Below are positions 38,101-51,020 of a stretch of 64,000 nt of DNA, piece after piece (within the stretch, counting starts at the first letter, position 1; each line of letters begins with the position of its first letter). A model generated the notes under the pieces. That model searched no databases and had not been told where the DNA came from. It was given only the letters and a program-made list of their open reading frames with translations. Position numbers and translations under genes: made by a program. The stretch is from Anolis carolinensis (taxonomy: Eukaryota): assembly GCF_035594765.1 (NCBI RefSeq), contig NW_026943825.1:124001-188000 (forward strand). Reading direction: 5' to 3'.

Positions 38101-39613
38101 TGTGCCATGGGAAAATAGACTATGTATCTGTGGCCAAAGTCAGGTAGAAGACATTGTGCATTACATGTTAGTTTGTCCATTGTATAGTGCCCCAAGAGAA
38201 AGACACCTGGAACCCCTGCTAACCCATGGTAAAGGGAATTGCTTAGCAGAAACTGTGCATTTTCTGCTGAGTGACACAAACAACTAAGGAACTCACAAAG
38301 CAGCCCTGTTTGCTCTATCTGCAAAAAAGATAAGAAAGGTAGAATTAGATAAAATTGCCATCAACTGCCGAGGAAACTCAAAGGATTAAGTGGACTCACA
38401 ATATGCATCTGTATGTGAACTCTTTTGCAATATTTTTTTTAAATTACTGTTAACTGGCATTGTTTTAACTCCTTGCGGGAGCATGATTATGGCTTCTGCT
38501 CAGTATTTTTGGAGTCTATTGCTCCGAGGGTACTATTGTGTGCATGTGTTGCTTTTTGTCATGGCCTTGGGCCCGTACAATAAACTATTTTGGATTTATT
38601 TATTCATTTACATCACTTTTGCTCCGCCTTTCTCCCCGAGGGGACTCAAAGTGGCTGACAATAAACAGGCAAAAATTCAATGCCTAAAACAATGTAAAAA
38701 CAACAATTCATTTAAAACAATCTACAAAACAAAAATTCATATAAACAAATACCATTACAAAGTAAAATCACATTATATAAAATTTTAAGCGTGTCCAGAA
38801 TTAGAATCCATTCATCCAGAATCCTCAATAAGTTTTCATACAGGTCATGTAAAGTCCATGTTCTCATTCATTAAAAGCTTGTGTGCACAACCAGTTATTA
38901 CACTACTATTCCTGTTCCTGGTTTGAAAGCGTCATTTCCTGTTTCACTGTGTAGTCCTTGCTTCGAAAGCGGTTGTTCTATTCCAGAAACTTGGTTGTTT
39001 TTGTGGCTGAATTGGTTGAGACTCGATGATGAGAGATTCATTGGGAAACTATAACAGCAAAACGTGCTATGGCAGGATCTCCCTCCCGCAGAAACAAAGT
39101 TTGTGCAGTATGAGTTTTCCAGGCTGTATGGCCATGTTCCAGAAACATTCTCTCCTGACGTTTTGCCCACATCTATGGCAAGCATCCTCAGAGATTGAGA
39201 GGCCTTTTGGAAACTAGGCAAGTGAGGTTTAGGTATCTGTGGAATGTCCGTGGCGGGAGAAAGAACTCTTGTCTGCCCGAGGCAAGTGAATGTTGCCATT
39301 GGCCACCTTGATTGGCATTGAATGACTTTTCAGCTTCAAAGCCTGGCTGCTTCCTGACTGGGGGAATCTTTTGTTGGGAGGTGTTAGCTGCCCTGATTGT
39401 TTCATGCCTAGAATTCCTCTGTTTTCTGAGTATTGTTCTTTATTTGCTGTCCTGATTTTAGAGTTTTTAAATACTGATAGCCAGATTTAGTTCATTTTTA
39501 TGGTTTTCTCCTTTCTGCTGAAATTGCCCTTGAGCTTCTTGTGGATTTCAGTGGCTTCTCTGTGTAGTCTGACATGGTGGTTGTTAGAGTGGTCCAGCAT
39601 TTCTATGTTCTCA

Positions 39614-39695
<82 letters not shown>

Positions 39696-42514
39696 GTGTT
39701 CGACTTGTGATTTTGTGATACGAAATCCAGCATAACTATCTTGTTTGCTGTGTCATACAATAAAATAATAATAATAATAATAATAATATGTGCTCACAAA
39801 ATTTATTAATATTGTTCTCTTATTAAGAGAATAAGAGAACTGGGCCTGAATATATTGCACAAGATTTCTCTAGCCTAAAATGATACATTTTAATATATTG
39901 GGTTTATGGTTCCCGTCTCCTTGATCAGGTCATGTAAGTGTTATTGATTTCTATAATTGTATTTTTACTTTGCTTAATAATGTGTTACTATGTTGTTATG
40001 TAATATTTGTGTTGTTTTTATGATTGGAAGCCGCCCTGAGTCCCATCCGGGAGATAGGGCGGTATATAAATAAAGTTTTATTATTATTATATTATTATTA
40101 TACTGTAAGCTAAGTCCGGAGAAGTGTGTCACAAATAAAATATTATTGTCCTTGCAGAACCACATCTATGCGGCCCGGAAGGCCTTTGACAGCTTCTTCC
40201 TGCGCTACCCGTACTGCTATGGCTATTGGAAGAAGTACGCCGACATGGAGCGGCGCTTCGACTTCATCAAGGAGACAGAGGAGGTAGAGGAGACCCTCCA
40301 GTCCCTCCCGACAGATGGCCAGCCGGACTGATCCTTTCTTGCCTATTATAATCCCCTCTCTTCTCTTCTTGGCAGGTCTTCCAGCGCGGCCTGCAGTCCA
40401 TCCCGCTGAGCATGGACCTCTGGATCCATTACATCTCCTTCCTCCAGTCCTCCTTGGACATGAACCATCCTGATTCGGCCCAGAAGATTTGTGGGTAAAT
40501 CATAATAATAATAGAATTTCTTACCTGAGGCGGATTGCAGCCCAATTAAAACACACAAACATTGCAAAAATCCTAGAAATACACACATTGAATGTATTTC
40601 TGTAAAAGATACTTATTAAAATGTATTACTATTGTTGTCATGGTTGTTAAGCAAAGTCTGGGTGGCCTCTTTGATGCATATGCTCATCTCAGCCTAGACT
40701 TAATTTCTCTCTATATATAATCTCTAGTATTATTATTATTAAGCAGAGGTTGGGTGTGTCTATGTCTATAATCTCTATTATTATTATTAAGCAGAGGCTG
40801 TGTGGCCTCCAAAGCATATAGTTACCTCAACCCAGACTTACACACACAACCTCTCTCTCTCTTTCTATATATATATATATATATACAGTAGAGTCTCGCT
40901 TATCCAACGTAAACGGGCCGGCAGAACGTTGGACAAGCTAATATGTTGGATAATAAGGAGAGATTAAGGAAAAGCCTATTAAACATCAAATTAGGTTATG
41001 ATTTTACAAATTAAGCACGCAAACATCATGTTATACAACAAATTTGACAGAAAAAGTAGTTCAATGCGCAGTAATGCTATGTAGTAATTACTGTATTTAC
41101 GAATTTAGCATCAAAATATCACGATATATTGAAAACATTGACTACAAAAATGGCTTGGATAATCCAGAAGCTTGGATAAGCGAGTGTTGGATAAGTGAGA
41201 CTCTACTGTGTATATATATATATATGTGTGCGTGTGTGTATATATATATATAATTTCCATTATTATTATTAAGAAGAGCCTTGGTGTCTCTTTGTTTATA
41301 TAATCCTAATAATGATGATGATGATGATGATGGAGATTATATATAGAGAGAGAGTAAATAAGTCTGTGCTGAAACGACTGTACACTTTAAAGAGGCCTCC
41401 CAGCCTCTGAATAATAATAATAATAATACTTTATTTATACCCCGCCACCATCACAATAATAATAATAATTTTTATTATTCAGAGGCTGGGAGGCCTCTTT
41501 GAAGCATACAGTCATCTCAGCCCAGACTTACTTCCTCTTTCTATTATATCCATCATGGCCATCTGTCGGGAGGGCTTGGGTGGTGCCTTCCTGGCTCAAT
41601 ACTGGCCTTGATCCTGCGACTTTTCCATTGTCAACGGCCATCTCTCTCTCTCTGTCCCTCCTGGCAGGACCTTTGAATCGGCCATTGCCGCGGCTGGGGT
41701 GGACTTCCGCTCAGACAAGCTGTGGGAGATGTACGTGGAGTGGCAGCGGGAGCAGGGCGACCTCAAGGCTGTCACCGGTGTCTACGACCGTGTCCTCAGC
41801 ACTCCCACCCAGCTCTACAGCCACCACTGGGAGAAGTACGCTGGGCAAACTGGGAGCAGTGGGGCCACTGCATAAGGGCAGCTACCCCTCTTGGCCTTCT
41901 CTCTTTGGGAACTGATGATAATATTGTTGTACTATATTATTATTTGTATTATTGTTATTATTAATATTATTATGGCTTCTCCAAATCCCCATGGATGCCA
42001 TGGGTTAGCTAAGAATCTATTGTGTTATTATTATAACTCCTTGGTTGCATTAGTTGTCTGGGTCTTTTTGGTTGTCTGAGTCTTTGTTGTTGTTGTTGTT
42101 GTTGTTCTGGCCTCTCCCAATCCCTATGGTTGCCATAGCTTAGCTGAGAGTTTGTATTATTATTGTTACTATTATAACCCATTGGTGCCATGAGTTACCT
42201 GAGAGTCTATTGTATTATTATCTCATTGGTGCCATGAGTTGTCTTGAGTCTATATTATTATTATTGTTATTGTTCTTATTATTCTGGCTTCCCTCAATCC
42301 CCATGGCTGCCTTGGGTTAGCTGAGAGTTTATTGTATTATTATTATTATTATGGCTTCTCAATCCCCATGGGTACCTTGGGTTAGCTGAGAGTTTTATTG
42401 TATTATTATTATAACTCATTGGTGCCATGAGTTATTTTAGTCTATTGTATTATTTTATTCTTATTATTCAGGCTTCTCCCAATCTGCTTGGGTGCCATAG
42501 GTTAACTGAGAGTC

Positions 42515-42557
<43 letters not shown>

Positions 42558-45500
42558 TCTGGCTTCTCAATCCCCATGGGTACCTTGGGTTAGCAGAGAG
42601 TTTATTGTATTATTATTATTATTATTATTATTATGGCTTCTCCAAATCCCCATAGGTGCCTTGGGTTAACTGAGAGTCTCTTCTATTAATATTATTATTA
42701 TTATTCCCACCCAGGTTCAAGGAGCACCTGAGCAGCCACCACCCGAGGGACATCCTCTCCTCAGAGGAGCTGCTCTGGATCCAGTCGAAGATGGCCGCCG
42801 ATGCCGGGCGGAGCAAAGGCCTGGAGGGGGGGCCCGAGGAGGAGGAGGAGGAGGGGGAAGAGGAGGCCCCGCCCCCAGGGGAGGAGCTCCCACCCCCCAA
42901 GAGGGAGGCCCCCCCGCCCATGGAGGGTTCCGGACAAGCGGGACACGTGATGGTGAGTCCTGGTCCCGTATATCCCTCTTGGCTGCTTCCGCTTTTGGTC
43001 CACAGCTGTTATTAGATTATTATATTATATGCTAGTATGATATATATTCACACACATAGATTCATACAAGCTGCCCCCGAGTTAAAAACATCCACTTAAA
43101 AAGGACTCCTATTTAAGAACGGGGCTGAGACAACAGGAAGTGAGAGGCACATTGTATATAATTATAGCGTTTTATAGTGTTTTCAGTGTTTTATTGTACA
43201 ATGTTTTATGCTGATTTTATATTTGAAACCGCCCTGAGTCCCTTTTAGGAGAGAGGGCGGTATACAAATAAACTTTTACTTACTTACTTACATGAGGCCA
43301 CAAGAATGTGAATGAATACTATTGTCATTTTAAACTGTTTATTTTATGATGTTTTATACTTTCTTGTTGATGTATTTGGATTGTTTATTATATATTTTAT
43401 TTATATATTACAATATTTATATCCCACCCTTCTCACTCAACAGGGGACTCAGGGCGGCTTACAAAAAACACATTATTATACAGTGCACTATAAAGTTTAA
43501 AAATTTATTTTTTTAACTAAAGCGGGATATAAATAAAGATTTGTTGTTGTTGTTACTAGTGTTATCTATATATATATAAAAGAGTGATGGCATCACGGCG
43601 ACCCACAAAACAACCAAACTACAGGCCCCCCAACCTTGAAATTTGACAACACAATCCATCATCCATGCCTCTAGGTTGATACAACAAAAAGAAAAGAAAA
43701 ATAGTCCTAATTAGAGAGAGAGGAATAATTGCTTTTATCCAATTGCTGCCAGTTAGAAGGCTAAGCTCCTCCAACTTGGTCTCCTAGCAACCCAATAAAA
43801 AACAATAAAAAACACTAAAAATAATAAAAAACACTAAAAAATTAATACCATAAAATACCATAATAACAAAAAATAACTAAAAATTATACAAGAAAATAAT
43901 AAAATATAATAAATAAAAATATAACTTACAATAAAATTAATTAAAAAATACAAATAACGTCAAATAAAAATTACACAACAATTTTTAACCAATACCACCA
44001 CCACTTTGCCACAGCAATGCGTGGCCGGGCACAGCTAGTAATATTATATGATTATATTTCTTAATACTCTGTATTAATAGTGTGCTGTATGGTCTGTTTG
44101 TTCCTGGGTGCCAGGGTCCGATGGATGAAGACAAAATCCTGGAGATGTCCCTCTCAATACGGCAGCAGATCTTCAGCCAGAACGAGGCCGAAGTCAGCAA
44201 GCGCTGGAACTTCGAGGAAGGGGTTCGTATGGCTTATTCTAATGTTAAAGCAGGAGCTTCCTCCATGTCGTAAAAGGCTCAAATCCTGCTTGGAGGTGGC
44301 ACTCATGTCGCCTCCGAGGTTGGCTCTGCAAAGCAACAAAGAGAGAGCAACGGAAGCGAGCCCTCAACGCTCCCGGGTTGTTTCCTCCAGATCAAGCGGC
44401 CCTACTTCCACGTCAAGCCCTTGGAGCGAGCGCAGCTGCGCAACTGGCGCGAGTACCTGGACTTTGAAATAGCCAACGGGTCCCACGAGCGCACCATCGT
44501 CCTCTTTGAGCGCTGCGTCATCGCCTGTGCCCTCTACGAGGAGTTCTGGATCAAGGTAGGAAAGAGGAGATTTCCTGGTTCGAAAGTGTTATTTCCTGTT
44601 ACATTTGTGGCCTTTCCTTTGGAAGTACTCCAGAAACTTCATTTTTGTCTTATAGTAGTATAATAATAAATTATCATAGTAAGTTATAATATACTAGCTG
44701 TGCCCGGCCACGCGTTGCTGTGGCGTTGTCTGGTGGTGTGGTGAGAAATTGTTGAGGTAGTGGTGGTATTGAATGTCTGTTATATGGTTGTCTTTATGTT
44801 TAGTATGCACACTGAAGTGGATTATATGGCAGTGTGGAGTCAAGATAATCCAGTTCAAAGCAGATAATATAAGATTATAAATGGGTTATATAGCTGTGTG
44901 GAAGGGCCTTGAGTCTACACTGCCATATAATCCAGTTAAAATCTGATAATCTGTGGAAGAGGCCTAACTGTGCCTGTCCCCTGGACTGAGTAGGTTCCTA
45001 GGAGACCAAGTGGGCGGAGCTTAGCCTTCAAACTGGCAGCAATTGGATAAAAACTATTATTCCTCTCCCTGTAATTAGGACTTTATTTTTCTTTTCTTTT
45101 CGTTATATCAACCTAGAGCCGTGAATGATGGGTTGTGTTGTCAGATTTCGAGGTTGGGGGGCCTGTAGTTTTGTCGTTTTGTCCTCTGCCCTGATGCCAT
45201 CACTCTTTTATATATATAGATGATATTTTAACAATATATCCTAATGCAGTGTATTGCAATAATAAATACAGAAATAATATATTTTGTCCTATGTTGTTTG
45301 GGCCTCTGCCCCATGTAAGCCGCCTCGAGTCCCCGCGGGGAGATGGTGGCGGGGTTTAAATAAAGTTTTTATTATTATTATTATTATTATTACATACAGT
45401 AGAGTCTCACTTATCCAGCATAACAACAACAATAATAATAGTACAACTGCATTGAAGGACCTATAAAATGGCTAGAGTTTTTTTAGAGAGATAAAGTGCG

Positions 45501-45909
45501 TATAAATAATAATTATAATAATAGTCACTGTGTGCACGGGAGGAGCTAGAGATTCCTAGAGAAGTATTTTCTCGGCATTCATGGGGGTTATGGGCCCAGG
45601 ACTCTATGAAAGAAACATACTGTTGATTGATCACAGAGGTGATGACAATGAGGATGACAGTAATGACAATAATGCTTAAGAATGTCTCTCCTCCCCTGAA
45701 CGCAGTACACGAGGTACCTGGAGAGTCACAGCGTGGCCGGGGCCCGCAACGTCTTCCAGCGCGCCTGCTGCTACCACCTTCCCCGGAAGCCCACCATCCA
45801 CCTCCTCTGGGCCGCCTTCGAGGAGAAGCACGGTGAGCGAGATTGGATAATTCTATTATTATTCATAATATTTGAAGGCCCTTGGGGTCCCAACTCTAGG
45901 AGTCTATGC

Positions 45910-45950
<41 letters not shown>

Positions 45951-46626
45951 GATACTATTTGATACATAACAAGATTAATCTAATGATTCTATTTTTATCT
46001 TTTTATTGCTGCTACAATCCCCCCACCTATGAATTTGAATGATTTGTATTGGTGGTTGTTTGATACTATTACTGTTGTATTAATTTTTGTTTTTATTACC
46101 ATATTGTGTTTTAATCTGTGCATATTGTGTTAACGTATGTGTGTTGTTCTTTTGTAACATTGTAAGCCACCCCGAGTCCCCGCGGGGAGATGGTAGCGGG
46201 GTATAAATAAAGTTTTTTAAAAATTATTATTATTATTATTATTTATTAGTAGTAGTAGTACAGTAGAGTCTCATTTATCCAAGCTAAACGGGCCAGCAGA
46301 AGCCATTTTTGTAGTCAATGTTTTCAATATATCGTGCTATTTTGGTGCTAAATTAGTAAATACAGTAATTACTACATAGCATTACTGCGTATTAAACTAC
46401 TTTTTCTGTCAAATTTGTTGTATAACATGATGTTTCAGTGCTTAATTTGTAAAATCATAACCTAATTTGATGTTTAATAGGCTTTTCCTTAATCCCTCCT
46501 CATTATCCAAGATATTCGCTTATCCAAGCTTCTGCCTGCCTGTTTAGCTTGGATAAGTGAGACTCTACTGTATTATGATTATTATTAAGAGAGACTGGGT
46601 GGCCATTGGTTGGAAGTCTATGATTC

Positions 46627-46683
<57 letters not shown>

Positions 46684-46722
46684 ATAGAGACTGGGTGGCC
46701 ATTGGTTGGAAGTCTATGATTC

Positions 46723-46758
<36 letters not shown>

Positions 46759-47112
46759 ATAGAGACTGGGTGGCCATTGGTTGGAAGTCTATGATTCTAT
46801 TATTGTTATTATTACTATATTATTAAATAGAGGCTGGGTTGTGATTTGCTGGAAGTCTATGATTCTATTATTGTTATTATTACTATATTATTAAATAGAG
46901 GCTGGGTTGTGATTTGTTGGAAGTCTATGATTCTATTATTGTTATTACTATATTAATAGAGGCTGGGTTGTGATTTGTTGGAAGTCTATGATTTTTCTAT
47001 TATTATTGTTGTTATGATTATTGTTGTTGTTGTTATTATTAAGTAAAGGCTAGGTGGCCATCTGTTGGGAGGTAGTCTATGATTCTATTGTTGTTGGAAG
47101 TCTATTATTCTT

Positions 47113-47147
<35 letters not shown>

Positions 47148-47904
47148 TTATTATGACACAGCAAACAAGATAGATATGCTGGATTTCATATCACAAGATC
47201 ACAAGTCGAACACTTCCCAAGTGTCTAGGACTGTGTGATGTATTTTCGGATGATGTGCGCAGATCCCAGTCGGGTGGCCTTTTGCAGTTGGCATTTTTTT
47301 ATTATCATCATCATCATCATTATTATTATTATTATTAAGTAAAGGCTAGCTGGCCATTTGTTGGGAGGTAGTCTATGATTCTATTGTTGTTGGAAGTCAA
47401 TTATTCTGTTGTTGTTGTTGTTGTTGTTGGAAGATAGTAGGTGCCCGTTGGCTGGGTGTGGCTGTCCCTGGGTGGCCCCTTCTGAGCCCTGTTCCCCGTG
47501 TGCTTCCCTCCCTCGGTCTGTGCAGGGGAGGTGGAGGAGGCGCGGCGCATCCTGCGCACCTTTGAGGAGTGCGTCCCGGGCCTGGCGATGGTGCGCCTGC
47601 GGCGGGTGAGCCTGGAGCGGCGTCAGGGCAACATGGAAGGGGCGGAGGCGCTGCTGGCGGCCGCCATCCGGGAGAACGAGGGCCTGCCCGTCTCCTCCTT
47701 CTACTCCGTCAAGCTGGCCCGACAGGTCCTCAAGGTCCAGAAGAACATCACCAAGGCCCGCAAAATCCTCCTTGAAGCCCTCGAGAAGGACCCCGTCAGT
47801 ATTATTTCTGTTGGGATTTTTATATTACAATGTTCTGTATTATTAGTACTACGGTACTATATTATTAGATTATTTTTGTATTGCTATATTATATTTGTAT
47901 TACA

Positions 47905-47955
<51 letters not shown>

Positions 47956-48655
47956 GCTGTAGCCAGAAAAAAAAATTCAGGAGAGGTTTTGTAAATTTTG
48001 GGGGGGGGGGTTGAACCCCTAGCACACACCTCTCCCCGCTACAAACCTGTCAATATCTGCTTGAGATAGTGCCTGGAGGGACTCTTAATGTTTTGCGTCT
48101 CATAGACTTAGCATGGGGATTTGGTTAACCAGTTAAAATTCATGAGTAAACCAGGTTTTTTTTTATAACCTGAAAAATTTCGGGGGGGGGGGGGGGGGGT
48201 TGAACCCCTAAAACCACCNNNNNNNNNNNNNNNNNNNNNNNNNNNNNNNNNNNNNNNNNNNNNNNNNNNNNNNNNNNNNNNNNNNNNNNNNNNNNNNNNN
48301 NNNNNNNNNNNNNNNNNNNNNNNNNNNNNNNNNNNNNNNNNNNNNNNNTGTTAAAGCGCTGAGCTGCTGAACTTGCAGACCGAAAGGTCCCAGGTTCAAA
48401 CCCCGGGAGCAGCGTGAGCGGCCGCTGTTAGCTCCAGCTTCTGCCAACCTAGCAGTTCGAAAACATGCCAATGTGAGTAGATCAATAGGTACTGCTCCAG
48501 CGGGAAGGTTATGGCGCTCCATGCAGTCATGCCAGCCGCATGACCTGGAGATGTCTCTGGACAACGCCGGCTCTTTGGTTTAGAAATGGAGATGAGCACC
48601 AGCCCCCCAGAGTCGGTCACGACTGGACTTAACGTCAGGGGAAAACCTTTACCTT

Positions 48656-48711
<56 letters not shown>

Positions 48712-49624
48712 AAAATAGGCCATCCCCAAGTTACATACATCCAACTTACAAACGACTCCTAGTTCAGAATGGTGCTGAGGCAACAGAAAAGGAGAGGAAT
48801 CTTTATTATTTGCTAGCTTGGGTACCTGGTGATGCCCAGGTTATTTGAAAAGGGCCTTGTTTGTGTTTGGATGTTAGGTGATATCAGTTTGGTCATATGT
48901 TACACTATTTCTTAGGGGAAAAAACCCAACCTTTGCTTTTGTATTTTATGAATGCTCCCATTAGAAAACGCATAAGGATGTGGCTGAACTATACATCCCA
49001 GTCCCTACAACTCCTATAAACCCAAACCTCTTTCTCTAGCATGTTCAGTTGCTGTGTGCCATAGGAAACAATAGGAAAGGGTTAAGGGAGAGGCAGGGGG
49101 CGGGGTCATGCAAATTCCACACCAATGGAGAGAAAGGAACCCTGGGATGTGCTCGCTATAAAGCTGTTTGTGGAGGCTGTCTGTGTAAATGGACACTGCC
49201 ACCACATACACACATACAGATTTCCCCTTTTATTATGATTATTAATTATAGTATATTATACCTATCTTTCTATCTGTACCTATCTGTCTGTGTATTTTTC
49301 TATGTCATCCAAAGCTGAAATATGTCTAATTGCGGCTGGAGCTATACATTTATTTATTTATTTATTTATTTACTACATTTATATGCCGCCCTTCTCGCCC
49401 CAAAGGGGACTCAGAGCGGCTTACAAATTACATTCACATACAATACATTATATTATTGGCATATTATTATTATTTGGCATATTAATATTATTAGTAATAT
49501 TACATTTAATATATAATTAATATTATTAAATTGTCTTATTATCAGTATTATATCGTAATACATTATAATATTATCAATATTATATGTATATACAATATAT
49601 TATATTATAAATTAAGCTGTATAT

Positions 49625-49679
<55 letters not shown>

Positions 49680-50859
49680 AGGCATTAAAGGTCCCCTACT
49701 TATATGGTTTCCATGTCTCAGGGTGCTATGTGATTCAGTATTCCCTGTCTTAATAATAATAATACTTTATTTTTTATTTTTTATTATTTATTTTGTGTTT
49801 TATAATGACTGTGATTTTATTTTATGCTTTTTAATTATTTGTATGTTTTTTGTATTTGATACTTTGTATGCTGGTTTTATATCTGTGAGCCACCCCGAGT
49901 CCCTCTAGGGAGATGGTGGCGGGGTATAAAAATAATAATAATTATTATTATTATTATTTTTCTATGCCGCCACCATCTCCCCGAAGGGACTCGTGGCGGC
50001 TAAATATCCCTGCTCCAACTTACAAATTCAACTTAAGCGCAACTTGTTTGCCGCCCGGGACGGCCTGTGTTTGTTTCCCATACGTCTTAATGTATCTCGC
50101 AGTCCAGTAGTAGACCCTTGAGTTGTAACTGCAACCCATTAGGACAACGCCAAGCTGTACGCCAACCTGCTGGAGATGGAGTTCAGTGCGGACGTGCGCC
50201 AGAACGAGGGCCACACCATGAGCAGCTTTGACCGGGCCCTGACCAGTGGCCTCCCCCTCGAGACCAAGATCATCTTCTCCCAGCGACGGGTCGAGTTCTT
50301 GGAGGACTTTGGCTCCAGCATCCACAGGTACGGAGCCACGAGAAGGGGCCGCAAGAGCCCCCTGGACCCCAGTGGCGCCTCACCTCCGGCCTGTTTCTGT
50401 CCTAAACACCATCCCCACCCTCTCTTCCAGCTTGTTGATGTCGTACGACGAGCATCAGAAGCTCCTGAACCAACAGATGCTGAGGAAGAGGCTCCTGGAA
50501 AACGGGTAAAGGGACTTATTGTATTATTATTATTATATTATGACACAGCAAACAAGATAGAGATGCTGGATTTCGTATCACAAAATCACAAGTCGAACAC
50601 TTCCCAAGTGTCTAGGACTCTGTGATGTATTATTATTATTATTATGATTATTATTATTATGACACAGCAAACAAGATAGATATGCTGCGTTTCGTATCAC
50701 AAAGTCACAAGTCGAACACTTCCCAAGTGTCTAGGACTCTGTGATGTATTATTATTATTATTATTTTATTGTATGACACAGCAAACAAGATAGATATGCT
50801 GGATTTCGTATCACAAAATCACAAGTCGAACACTTCCCAAGTGTCTAGGACTCTGTGAT

Positions 50860-50894
<35 letters not shown>

Positions 50895-50988
50895 TTATTG
50901 TATGACACAGCAAACAAGATAGATATGCTGCGTTTCGTATCACAAAGTCACAAGTCGAACACTTCCCAAGTGTCTAGGACTCTGTGAT

Positions 50989-51020
<32 letters not shown>

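Noticed and set aside
47795-50142. U12-type intron suggested by the weak acceptor of PRPF39 exon 11
   Set aside because: Donor is GTCAGT, not GTATCCTT, and there is no TCCTTAAC branch site
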